Positions 52,540 to 64,000 of a stretch of DNA of 64,000 nt are shown one piece after another. Location: the NCBI GenBank assembly GCA_044892505.1, contig CM097883.1, forward strand, positions 351,354,001-351,418,000, read 5' to 3'. A program made the translations under genes and the position numbers. A model generated the notes under the pieces. That model was not told the DNA's origin, made no database searches, and was given only the letters and a program-made list of their open reading frames with translations. The number at the start of each line of letters is the position of its first letter. Within the stretch, counting starts at the first letter, position 1. Source of the stretch: Schmidtea nova (Eukaryota).

Positions 52540-54015
52540 ATAAATACATTTGATATCTTGCAAGCTAGTTGTATGAGTCACTGATATCATCACTGTATCA
52601 CCACAAGTGTAAACAATGTTAAAGTTTGTAATGACATCCTATGGCGGTAAATAATGAAATAGATTCAAATTTCTGGAAAAGTTTAATAAATTCTATTGCA
52701 CAAGAATAAATGCTTTTATTGGTTCTGATATCCTAATTATTAGTCATTATTCCATTATTTGACTCATTTCTTCAGCTTTTTGTCACTTTCAATTCTTTTA
52801 TAAATTTAAAATTTTCCATAATTCAATAATCGTATTTTTGACATTTTCCAATAAACTTTGCAATACTACGGCATGGCTATTTAATTATAATTTTTTAGAC
52901 TCAAAATTTTAATTGTCAATGAAAAATTATATCTAAAGTCTCAACCAGCTCAACTTAGATTTTGGGCTTGTGATTACCAATTATTTGTGGTTTAACAAAG
53001 ATACCACTTTCTTAAGGAGCTTAGGAAAGAAGTCTTGTATTTACTTGAAGACCACCGACTCGAACGGTGACAAATTGTTTCACTAAATATATGTTGGTGA
53101 CATAAAGTATCTGGAAGTTCCACTGCGACTCAAAGCTTGAAAATTTTCCAACTCTGAGAAATTTATTCTGTCCCTGATATTACATCTTTATGTTCCTTGT
53201 CTAAGTTGCCCTCCAGGTTCTTAACACTGTCTCAATTATTGATAAATTTGAGCATCAAAAGTAAACTGGATTAGTGAGATAAATGCCATTTTGGTGTCAA
53301 AATCATTAATTTAAAATTTAGAAAAGCAGGGTGAATAAGTTTTAATTCTTCAATTCACTAGTATGGCAGTCATTTTTTTTATTAAATATACCATACAAAA
53401 AATTTTATTCATGATGTTATTTTTTAATATTATCTTTTAAAATAATTATTTTCTAAAGTAAAACATAAGGAATTTAAGTATGCTACACTAATTTTCTGCT
53501 GCTATTATTTGTATTATTATTTGTAATTTTTTGCTCTATTCATTTTGAAGTATTGGGTAATTTAAAAATTAAATTAGATAGTGTTTACTATAGTCTCACT
53601 GATTTAAAAGATTATCACAATAATTTATTCAAACAGATTCCTAAATATAAATATAATAGATTACTGCAGATATACTTATTATTGTAACAACTGTATATAA
53701 GAGAAAACAGGTAAATCCTTATTATCCTTTTTTTCGCTTAATTCTATTCAAGGTGTGTTAACTTCAAACAGAGATTGTTATGGTGAAATCGACCTTTTAT
53801 ATTTCGCCGTAAGCATTTCTTGACTAATAAATTTTTAAAATATTATTATTTTGAATATTTTAAGATAATTAAAAATTTGTTATTTAAATTGAATTTATAA
53901 TTATATGTTAATTTAAAGAGATGTGAAAACTATTTATTAGTTACATTTGTGTTGAATCTTGGTTGATTGAGCTAGTAGAATTGGTAGTTAGAGTTTTCCT
54001 AATACGTTTGTGGAA

Positions 54016-54019
<4 letters not shown>

Positions 54020-54078
<59 letters not shown>
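54020..54078. repeat. (TA)n microsatellite
   Basis: Pure TA tract. Shorter tracts occur at ~12524, ~13945, ~18254 and ~61225. Confidence 0.95.
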
Positions 54079-54081
<3 letters not shown>

Positions 54082-57000
54082 AAAAAATCAGTTCATTTCT
54101 TTGGAAATTTATTTTATTTGTACCGGATATTAGTGATCACGTAAACCTTATTTGCGTACAATTGATTCATATTCTGAATCTTTGCAATTAGAATTGGTGT
54201 CAAAGAGGTACTGGTGTATGAGTATAAAAATGTTATCATCAAAATTATAGAATCTAAATTCTTCGAAATGAAATAATTTCTTAAAATCTCAGGAGTTGGA
54301 ATAAATAGTTCTTTTTATTCTTCCATTTAAAATTCATATTAACTCTATTGAGCAGAAAGTTTATAAATATAGAATAAATATAAAATAGAGTTATAATTAT
54401 TAGGTTTTCTAAAATGAAGATTATAACAATGCAAATATTAAAAAGTGGAGCACTTTATTCAAAAGGCGAAAAGTTTCTTTAATCAATTTTAACAATCGAA
54501 GATGGCGTTTTCGAAGTCCATAATTAAATTTTAAATTCAATAATTATTAATAAAATTCACAAAATTTGAACTCTATTTTTTTGTCAGAGTATTTCAAACG
54601 ATAAAATAACAAAATAATTTTAATCAGATTGAAATGAGCAATAAAAATTAATTAATTTTCATTTTCCAAAATATTACATTTAATTAAATTCTTTGAACCA
54701 TAAAATTTGAATGGGAAAATAGAATAAAAATAAAAAATGATAGGAAAGAGTGCGAATTTCGGTGGGTCTAATACCCCTTTAACCACATTAAGCGGAAAAC
54801 GTTTTGTTCTTATTAAGCTATTTTTATAACTACTAATGCCAAAAATATAAGCGGGAAATAAATTCAAATTGTGTTTATTTACGAATTTGAATTAAATATT
54901 ATGTAGTTTGAAACTGAAGCAGCGGTGACCAGAGTGTGAAATGTATAAAATCCATGATAGATTAGTACCTCATAATAAATTCGTAACTCCATTAAAATAC
55001 AAAATAAGGGAAATTTAATTACAGCTTTAGATGAACAAATACTTTTAGAAATCCCGAAATATTGGCCACATGATGAAGGAATTTGTTTTATTTTAATGTT
55101 ATTTGTTTTTTGAGATAATTTTGTGAACAAAATTTTCTTTGATTTCGTCTCTGGCCCATGCCGCAGAGGAACTACGTCAAATTTATGCCTGAATTGATAA
55201 AAAATTTGCTAAATATAAAAAGAACGTAGTACCATCCAACTAAATGAACACCTCAAAATGGGAGATTACACTGATAACAGAAAATTGTTTTAGTTAAAAA
55301 TATAAAATCTTTGTCTCCAGCTCCTGGTGAGAAAACAGACGGACAAACTTGCTTTCTTTAAGTATTAAAGCGGCGAACCACTTCAATACAGTGAATACTA
55401 AGGAATGCTAAGCTTTCTCTGGCAACCAGAACCACTCACCGTCTTACCAACAAAACCGGGGTCACTAGTTTCGAAACGACTAAAGGCTTTAAAAGAAATT
55501 ATGCTAATAAATGATTTATAGAAAGAAATGCGGTTAACAACATTGAATTTTTGAGCTACTTGAATATCATTAATGGTGAATGTGGACTTCTAATTGAGCT
55601 TAATTTAGTTGATAATATATTTCTTAATGTTATTATTCTCGTTTTATTTCAATAAACACATAAGCACGTAAATTTTCTGTTTTAAATTTTTCAAGTTAAA
55701 AAAATTTAAAAAAATGTCTCTAAAGTCAAACATGCATTAAAATAATGATGTTTATGATTGGTTCGTTGATTTATAGGTGTTAGATTAGTTGAAAATATTT
55801 TATCGTGTCTAGTAAGATTTATTGATATTTTAAGTTAAGTGATATATTAATTCAACTTAAATAAATATTCATAGAAAACTATTTATTTATGTTCATTTTT
55901 TGACAGTTTATTGTTGTTATGTACTTTTCGTAATTTGAAACCAAGCTTGAATTGACATAATAATATAAATTACTCTGATTTATACTATTTTTTAAATACC
56001 ATTAAATCTATTTTGACAGTTTACTATGAAACTTATTTTGATGGACATTACATTTAAATTTGTTTTGGTTAATTGTTCAATTTAAGTCATTTTTACTTTG
56101 TATTGGCTATAATTCTAATTTTTACTTACCAAATTACCTAAAAATAAATTTTTACGCTTTTCGCCTATTTATAATTAGCCTGTAACCTATTTGTTTGCTT
56201 CACATTATGGTAAATTTTTTCTCTATTATATTCATTGACATCTGGGTTTTAGCTTATATAGAAAAATCTGAAAATTTTTTTCAATTTGATTTTAAGTTAC
56301 TAATATTATTTTCTGCTCGTAGTTATGGATCGTTTTAGGGAATTTTGATTACTTGTTGTGTGTCTGTGTCAACTTAGATTCTGTTAAATCGCTCTCGCTT
56401 TTTCCACTTCATCCTCTCTCCGCTACTCAAGTCTAAATTAATCTGCCCGGAAACCAGTGGCTTTCATCTTGATAATAATTTGGAGATTTATGTGATATTA
56501 TTGTCCTCACAGGTATTTCCTTTTCCTCTACATTGACTACTCTATCACGAAATCCTAAGATGTTCAAAAATGTAAAAAATGACCAATTTCAGTTTATTCA
56601 ACTTTACTGCGACAGTTCGTAAATCATGGTTTGGTTTTGATGGGAGACTTTCCCATTGATGTTACGGGTTAATCCATTTATAATAGTAACAATAAAAAGG
56701 GCGTCGTTGGAGAATTTCAAGTTTAAGGCGATTTTTAATTTATAATTCTAGAGAACATTTGCTTAATAAATTTTTCTTTTCGACTATTGATTCTTACATT
56801 TGTTTTGTGTGTCGCAATTTAATTACACAAGAAATTTTTATGCGAGGTAGTAAATGTCAATTTCTAACATTACTATATTTTCAAAGATTTACTAAAAATT
56901 CATCTAAAAATTTTATAATTGGTATTAAAGAGTTAACTTTTATGTAATTGTTACCAACTTATGTAACCTAGGTGAAATTCCCCCAAGTCAGGTAAATAGT

Positions 57001-58164
57001 TAACCAAAATATCAATCCCCCAAAGTAATATATTTAATTTTAGAGAACTTTGTAAAATTAAATTAAATTTTTTCGAGTCATGTAATTTGTCTCATAACTT
57101 AAGTTTTTATTTTTTTCAGTACGATAATTAAGCATATAGGGTGTTAACGAATAAAACGTTGACTTTTTTCATGAGTGCTATAACCAGTTTTATATGATTT
57201 TATTGAGTGAATTTTCTAATTTTATAAGTAGTATAATCAATCTATAGATTTAATAATTATCTTTTTTAATAAGATAACTAAGTATATAGGATGTTATTGA
57301 TTGAAATTATCGATTTGATGGTTTATATGAATGAATAAATTTCTATGTGAATTTTCTAAGTGAGGTGATTGATGAAGGCGATGTTATTGATTAAAAACGA
57401 TTTAGTGAATTGCAAATATGAATGTATGTATCGCTTCTTATTTTTAGGAGGGGTATTTTATGGAATAATGTATTTAATAAGATTTTATCGGTATTTTATA
57501 AAATAATAGTTTAATTTACAATCTATAATTTTTATGAAAGGGTTAGGATAAAATTGAATTTATAATTTATGAATTTTATAAGAGAATCAGGAAAAATTAA
57601 ATTTATTATTTTTGTAACAATGAATTTATTTTGGATTTGAATAATAGGTATCTTTTAGGTTTTCAGCGATGCATAATTTTGTGATTATGAAAATTTTATA
57701 TCTTTATTTTTTAAGTTTCGAATAAAATTAATTCAAATTTTTCTAAATAAATCATATATAAAAATTTGCGAATATAATTAATTAAGGATATCTAAACTAA
57801 AATTTTAATAAATAGTTTTTCGATTTAAAGTATACTCTAACTAAACTTTATAAAATAAAATAAAATCGTTTTTATAAATTACCACAAAGCTTTAGGTTTC
57901 ATAGTGTGAAAATCATTATAATTTCAATTACGTTTACGGTTTCCATTTATGTACTGAGTTCTCAGTACGACTAAAATGATTTCATGATTCCTCTTCTGAT
58001 AAGGTGAAGAAGATTTCTACATAAATGATATCGACTTCAAATATGTACATTTTTCTTATATCAATTGTTAGATTGTTGTTTTAATGAATGTGAATTAGTA
58101 TGAATTAGTTTTGTATTAATAGTAATAACTACTATAGTATAATGCAGATAACTTTTTTTTGAAC

Positions 58165-60611
58165 AACCTTGCTCTCGGCCAAGCCAATACTCCTCATATA
58201 GCCAGGTATGAGTTCTCTGCAAACTCTGTCATCCATAGTCTGTGTCCAATTCGTTTAGATCGATTGTCTTCCTCAATTGGTATTACAGAGTAATCAAGTA
58301 TCTGCTTGTAAGAGGATGCTGAGAAGTTCATGATCTTAGTAGACATTTCCTTATAGAGACTCGAGAATCTTCTTATTTGCAATAACTTTCTCAACTCAGC
58401 TTTAGATCAATCTGAATACTTTTTGATCATAAGACGGCTCTCGGTACCAGTCATTTGTAGGTTATTTATTACCTTCCACTCGATCATTTTATAAGTTGGT
58501 GGCTTGACACTAGTTGAGTTAAACTCTAGGATTGTGTATCCTAGAACAGTTTTTTTCTACTGTGCTCAGAGTTGTGAGTTTCAGCCTAGAATATGAGTAG
58601 TTAATTGAAAGAGATGAAGATTCATGAGTATATTTGTTTATTGACGACGTGAATTGTATAGGTACAAAACCTTCTCTTTTGCTCCATTTTTGACAGGTGG
58701 TTCAATCTAAGTAAATTGAGCTCGAGTGCCTACCATTGCTCTCTGTGAAACGTAATTCTTTATACAGCCCACACAATGGGTTCTGCATCCTCATTTGCGG
58801 TCTCAGATCTCTCATAGTCACAAAAGTGATGAAATCGTCAAGCATCCTTATTTCCACCTGCTCTTTATTGATGTTGACATTCCAGAAACCTACTCCTGTA
58901 TACTTTCCCTTGTGATACCTCTGGCTTGTGAAGAAGCCAACAATCGTGCAACTCTGACAATTCTCCAGGAGACCCATGGAGCACTCTCCCTCAACAAATT
59001 ATTTCATAAAAATGTACAAAATTCTTGAATCCTCATCTAAATCCAGAGTTTAGAGATCTAAAGTTTCAATGCAGAAGAGTGCTCTAAGAAGAGAGTCTTT
59101 ATAGCGGCCATTGAACTTTCATCTGGACATTTTGATAATCTCCACAATTTTGTTTTCAAGATTAAGAGTCTTTTAAGAGATATGTGCGGAGTAAAGACGT
59201 TGAAGGACTTGGGCTAATAACAATTTATAGTCGCCTTTGCAACTGTGCCAGTGATATCAATAGTTCTAGATTTTGAAACTATTGAGGAGAGGAAAGATTT
59301 CAGTCTGAAAGCATAGTGGAATGGGCTTTTGTTAAGAATGTCAGCAAAGGAATCAGATAACCAAAGAAAGAGTAATTTGTACTTAGCGAAGGCTGGTTCT
59401 TTCAATTTCGATCATCCTTGGATTGGTATGAAGAACTATTTTTCCTTGCTCAAAGCCAAGAGTGGAAAATTTGATACGACTGCTTCCCGTAACACTAACA
59501 GAAATAAAATCACTCTTTACTAGTTGTAGGTTGAATTGCACTAAGCTTTTAAAGAAAAATCTTTCTGGGAAAATTATTTTCTCGAAGTCTTCATCTAGCT
59601 CCGAGATTGTTACGGGAAAACTTTCAATAAGCTCAAGAAGAGTTAACTTTCTTTGTTCTGTCATCTCTCTTACTTCTGTGGAGGCTGTCGGGATTCTCTC
59701 TTTTGTTATATAACAGGATGTAGCATGGAGAATTGCTGGGCAAAAATAGTCCAGCGCCTCCATCATGGATAGCTGTGTATATCGATGTATAAAGTGACTA
59801 GAAGTTCTTCAGAGCTGAGTTGACTGCGAAAAGCCATTTCCGGATTTCTCTCAATTAAGGTTTGAGATCAGTCAATATCAATATCCAATCTATTCTTTTG
59901 AAATTTTTCTCTTTGTCCAACATACAGATTTACTTTTAGAAAGAGTGGGTCTTCTGAGTTCATACGCTTGAGATTTACTGCATGTTGCGCATTCAGAACA
60001 TCCCTCACTAAAGGATCACTAATACAAGAGTTGTACAATGCTAATCGGAAGCTTCCTATGCTAAATGTCAGAGGAGGTTCCAAAAATACTTCCCTAGAGA
60101 AGGATGTGGCTTCTTCTTCAAAGCAGATTAGAATCTGTTGAAGTAGTCGAAGTTGTTAATCAGCCCGAAAATAGGTATAATAAAGTAGACATTGCAGAAT
60201 GTCGCAAATATTTATGAATTTCAGACAGCAGCCATTCTTATTGAGTTGATGTCTTGAGTTAGAGTACTGATGAAGACAATCGTCGATCTTGATTTTCACT
60301 GTAGTGTTGATGAATGGCTTAGATGTACTTGATTGTAGATCTCAGGATAGTGTTCTTGCAAGTCAGCCGGAGTTGAACTCAAAAATTCCAGAGCTGGCTG
60401 CAATTGTGCTCTTTTCAGTAGAGGAACTTGCTGACCAATATCTCATACTTTGCTCTCTAGCAATTAAAAGGATTTTCGCATAATACAACTCCTTGACTAT
60501 TGTCTTCCTTCCAAGGCCCTCTATGTTGAAGGTAATTAAAATTGTGGAGTCGTCAGAAGATTGAATAATAGAATAGAATAATCGTTGAGAGATAAAGAAG
60601 GCAGTTTTCAT
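58165..60611 (-). pseudogene. L: endogenous Phenuiviridae-like (bunyavirus) L/RdRp fragment, ~2.4 kb
   Basis: Motif C QSSDDS, motif D TEKST and motif E FEFNS. Downstream blocks are collinear with phlebovirus L: GQREKFQ...NPE, LWLSDSFADILNKSPF...SKSRTIDITG and GFFTSQR...YTGVGFW. Many stops and frameshifts. Confidence 0.88.
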
Positions 60612-63600
60612 TATAATGAAAAGAATAATATGAATATAAAATCAATATGATGTTAAATTTAAATTGGAATGAATAACAATTAGTTTATCTGAAAATGATA
60701 CATAAGCATAAAATCTTGTGAATGAAGTCAAAATTAATATCAATATAAAATAATATAATTATTAAATGGTTGATACAACTACATACTAAAGGTGACCTAT
60801 GCCGACAATTTAATAAAAAGAAAAAGAAAATAAGATTAATATAAAATGAATTAATATAAAAAGCTGAGCCTTGGTTGACGAGCATGAACAGGTCAACCCA
60901 CGCTAACAATCAAAAGGCTTACATTCCAATACGATTGCCTGATTGAATTAATAAAATCAGAAAGGTTTTCGGCCAAAATCAAACGGAACAGTGGTTAGTG
61001 GTTTCGACTGTCGCTTGAGGCTGTGGTTTTAATGTGTTCGTGCTGATTCTCGTAAGTGATTTTCTTCTTTTGTGGAGGTCCGTCTCAAAAATAATTTGGC
61101 ATAAAATTCGGAAAATCTTTTCTTTGAACAAAATTTTTTTGGACAGTTTCACTTTATGAGTCTTTTAGCAGTTGGCTATGTGCAAATTCCGGCAAATTCT
61201 GATGAAATCCATTTTGATGGCGGTATATATATATATATATATATAGTTATCTTCTACTTTTATTTTTGTTGATGTATTAAAACAAATTGTTCTAGAAGGA
61301 ATTTTCCGATTTTTCAAAATTAATTTCAACAATTTTACGAAAAATTGAATTATTATTTTTGCATAAAATTTTAAATAAACACTAAATAATTTATTTTTGA
61401 TTTAAAATTTCATTTTTTAATCACAGTTTTTCCTAACTTAATTAATTTATCATAATTTCTAACTAAACCAATTTTCTTTCGTATTTTTTGAATTTTTACA
61501 CTGAACTTCGAAAATTTCCTCCCGAAAAGATGTTAATTTGTTTCTAATGTGCTTTTCTACGACACAATTGATGTTTTCACGTTACACATGTGTTTTCATG
61601 TATAGACTCAATGCGCTTGTTTGTTTCAATTTTTCAACGTGTTTTTAATCAATTATTTGATGTGTTCTGCTTTTACTGGGTTGTACTTGGTGTTTTGGGT
61701 TCAAAGAATTTCAAATCTACTTCTACATGTTGTAATACCGCGCCATTTAAACAAACCTCAGTTTTTGCCCAACATGTATTTGGAAGATTGCTAGCATATA
61801 CAACTTCGTATGAAATAAATTTTGGATTGATGGATCATTGCTTTTACGACCAATCAAACGTTTTGTATCGACTTCGGTGCTCAAAATAGAATAATAACGA
61901 AACGAACATGATCAGTTTAAAGCTTTATTTCTAAACAAAGTAATATTATTTAAACGATATTTAATTGTAATTTTCGTCATAATTTCAATTTTATTTTACT
62001 TATTTTTAAGCCGGCCATCAACATTAATTGTTATAGTATTGTTTTCAGGATGGATTTTTACTACCGTTATAACCGCAATATTGTTAAATAGTTTTGATCC
62101 TTTCTTTTTTCATTTGCCAGTATGACTTGAAATTCTGTGATTTTTATATTGTCATTTTTGAAAATGGGATTTATTTTGTAATTTTATCTTGGTTATCGAA
62201 TTGATAATGGATTCAACTATAAACAATCCTTAAATAAATATTTTAATTATCTCTGATATAGTGAGTACTGTTGTGATAATTTGAAGATTTTATTGCAGCC
62301 AATGAAGTGTGTTGATTTTTATTGGCTTTGATGTGAGTCCAATTAAATGGACATGTTTTATTGCTAATTGTATTCGTCCAATTTGGTTGTTTGGTTGTCT
62401 TTGTGTGAAGCTTTCATGGAATCTGGGGCAGAGGGATTTGTGTGTGTTCAAATTCATTGTGTGTGTATTTTTGTTGACTTGCTTTTGTAACTTAAAAGAT
62501 TGCGTGAGTTAGTTTTTGCTCTGATTGGGTCTTTTAAAAAAGAAGTGTCTTGAGGTGTGTGAGTTGAGTTAGAATTGAATTTTGAAATTAAAATAAATAA
62601 ATTTTTTACAGTCTCGATTTTGAATTGGATTTATTTTGCAAATTTTCTTTTGAATTGACAATATATTATAATAATGAGTCCTAACGGCGTTAATGGATAA
62701 TCAGCATCATTTAACGCCATATCAACAGGAGAAGTTGGTATTATGAACGAAGCTATTGTTGGATGGTCATAAAATATTCTGTCTAAATAAATATTATAAA
62801 ATATGACAGAATAAATAAAGAATATGTGTCAAGGAATAATTATCAAAATGCCAATTTGAATAGATGCCAATTTAACCAGATCGTCCAATTGGCCAAATAC
62901 CCAATTGTTCAGATTGAGTTGCATCATATGTGATTCAAACATTAATATTTTATTTGGCATTAATCGAATTTATATTTTATTTGATTTTATTTGACTTTAT
63001 TTGAATTGTATTATTTTTGTTTTTGGGACTCAATAATAAAAGTTAGATATATAAAATGGGATTTATCCTATCAAATAAGCTAAAGAAATAGTTTTGTTTT
63101 CTCTTGTTAAATAAAATTTTTATAGATTTAACAATTTGATTTAATAAATTAATAATTTTTATCAATAGTATAGATATTTACAAATTAAGCATAAAAAAGA
63201 AAAACTTACAGTTGGTCAAATCCGATAACGTTTATGCTCTTTGTTATCACAAATAATGAAAAACTGCTCACAATAAATAAATAAATTTTCTAAATTTAAA
63301 ATAAAATTTTGACATGAATGAATAAATTAACAGACTTGATACTTTTCAGTTTCTGTTCTCTGATTTTTGGAAATAGTCCATATAAATCTAAAACTCAAGA
63401 GGCAATATTGTAAGTGTGCTGGTATCCAAAATTTTAGTCAGCCCAAAAAATAGAGCTAATTTATCTAAGACTTTTTCAATAAAAAATCTTCATATAGTAA
63501 AAGTTGCAATGGATATAAACAACTAGTCAATGCAAAGACCACTGATGTAAGTGGTGTAACAAGCTCTAATCGTCCTGGAGAATATAAAGATTATTATTAC

Positions 63601-64000
63601 TGCCATTTCTTTCCTCATATTGACAAACCTTATAGAAATGGTAGTAAAGGTTGTAACAATTATAATTTATTGAATGAAAAATACTTGTTTCATTGCAACA
63701 ACAATTGATTCATTGATTCTCCTGTTAAAACAAAAGAATAAGATTAACCTAATTTCTAACTCGACAAGATCCTGCTGAATAATGAAATAAATAAAACATG
63801 TTTAAAAGAAAAACAAAAAATACTTCTTACACTAATTTTCTTTCAACATGATTGGTCGGATATTTTGTGCACCATGGGTTTTGTTGAGGTTCTGGTTGGT
63901 GTCGGAGTTGGTCGTCTACAATGAAAATAGAAAAAAATCAAAACTAACATGGCACATAAGTGACTTAAAAACAACAATAATCAATGGCACATAAATGCCT

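Noticed and set aside
53045-53085. TTGAAGA-C-CACCG loop CGGTG-ACAAA, a possible decayed hammerhead
   Set aside because: Both conserved core segments are mismatched and there is no stem I.
58153-58160. T8 run (A8 in coding sense) at the end of the bunyavirus fragment as a retroposition tail
   Set aside because: It is too short to mean much in AT-rich DNA, no TSD was found, and bunyaviral mRNAs are generally not polyadenylated.
60985-61015. A-box/B-box-like words TGGTTAGTGG and GTTTCGACT
   Set aside because: The boxes are adjacent with no spacing and there is no cloverleaf, so this is not a tRNA or SINE head.
63340-63915. Exon-like segments on both strands near the window end
   Set aside because: Splice phases did not join into one frame and no protein family was recognised.

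Overview
This is very AT-rich eukaryotic DNA with several N gaps, most likely from a triclad planarian. The evidence for that is a 42-nt sequence at 14674-14715 that closely matches the planarian spliced leader as I recall it. The window is a nested transposon graveyard. It holds Gypsy LTR remnants (one with an env-like ORF), hAT elements (Ac-like, Buster/Charlie, hATm-like), a Chapaev3-like element, piggyBac, Tc1/mariner, MULE/FLYWCH, a NeSL/R2-like non-LTR element, and a probable Penelope remnant with a minimal hammerhead ribozyme. Two unrelated endogenous viral elements are present: a CRESS-DNA-virus Rep helicase (23137-23730, -) and about 2.4 kb of a degraded Phenuiviridae-like L/RdRp gene (58165-60611, -). 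Host-derived pieces are an open intronless ubiquitin E2, one AMMECR1 exon, fragments of PME-1 and Angel, and a REX4-like DEDDh exonuclease pseudogene. The most unusual object is a ~2-kb cassette (14562-16554) flanked by a target-site duplication inside a hAT transposase. It carries a spliced-leader gene-like head fused to a PME-1 fragment. Most mobile and viral ORFs lie on the minus strand. All family calls come from reading motifs by eye; no database searches were run, and many boundaries are approximate.
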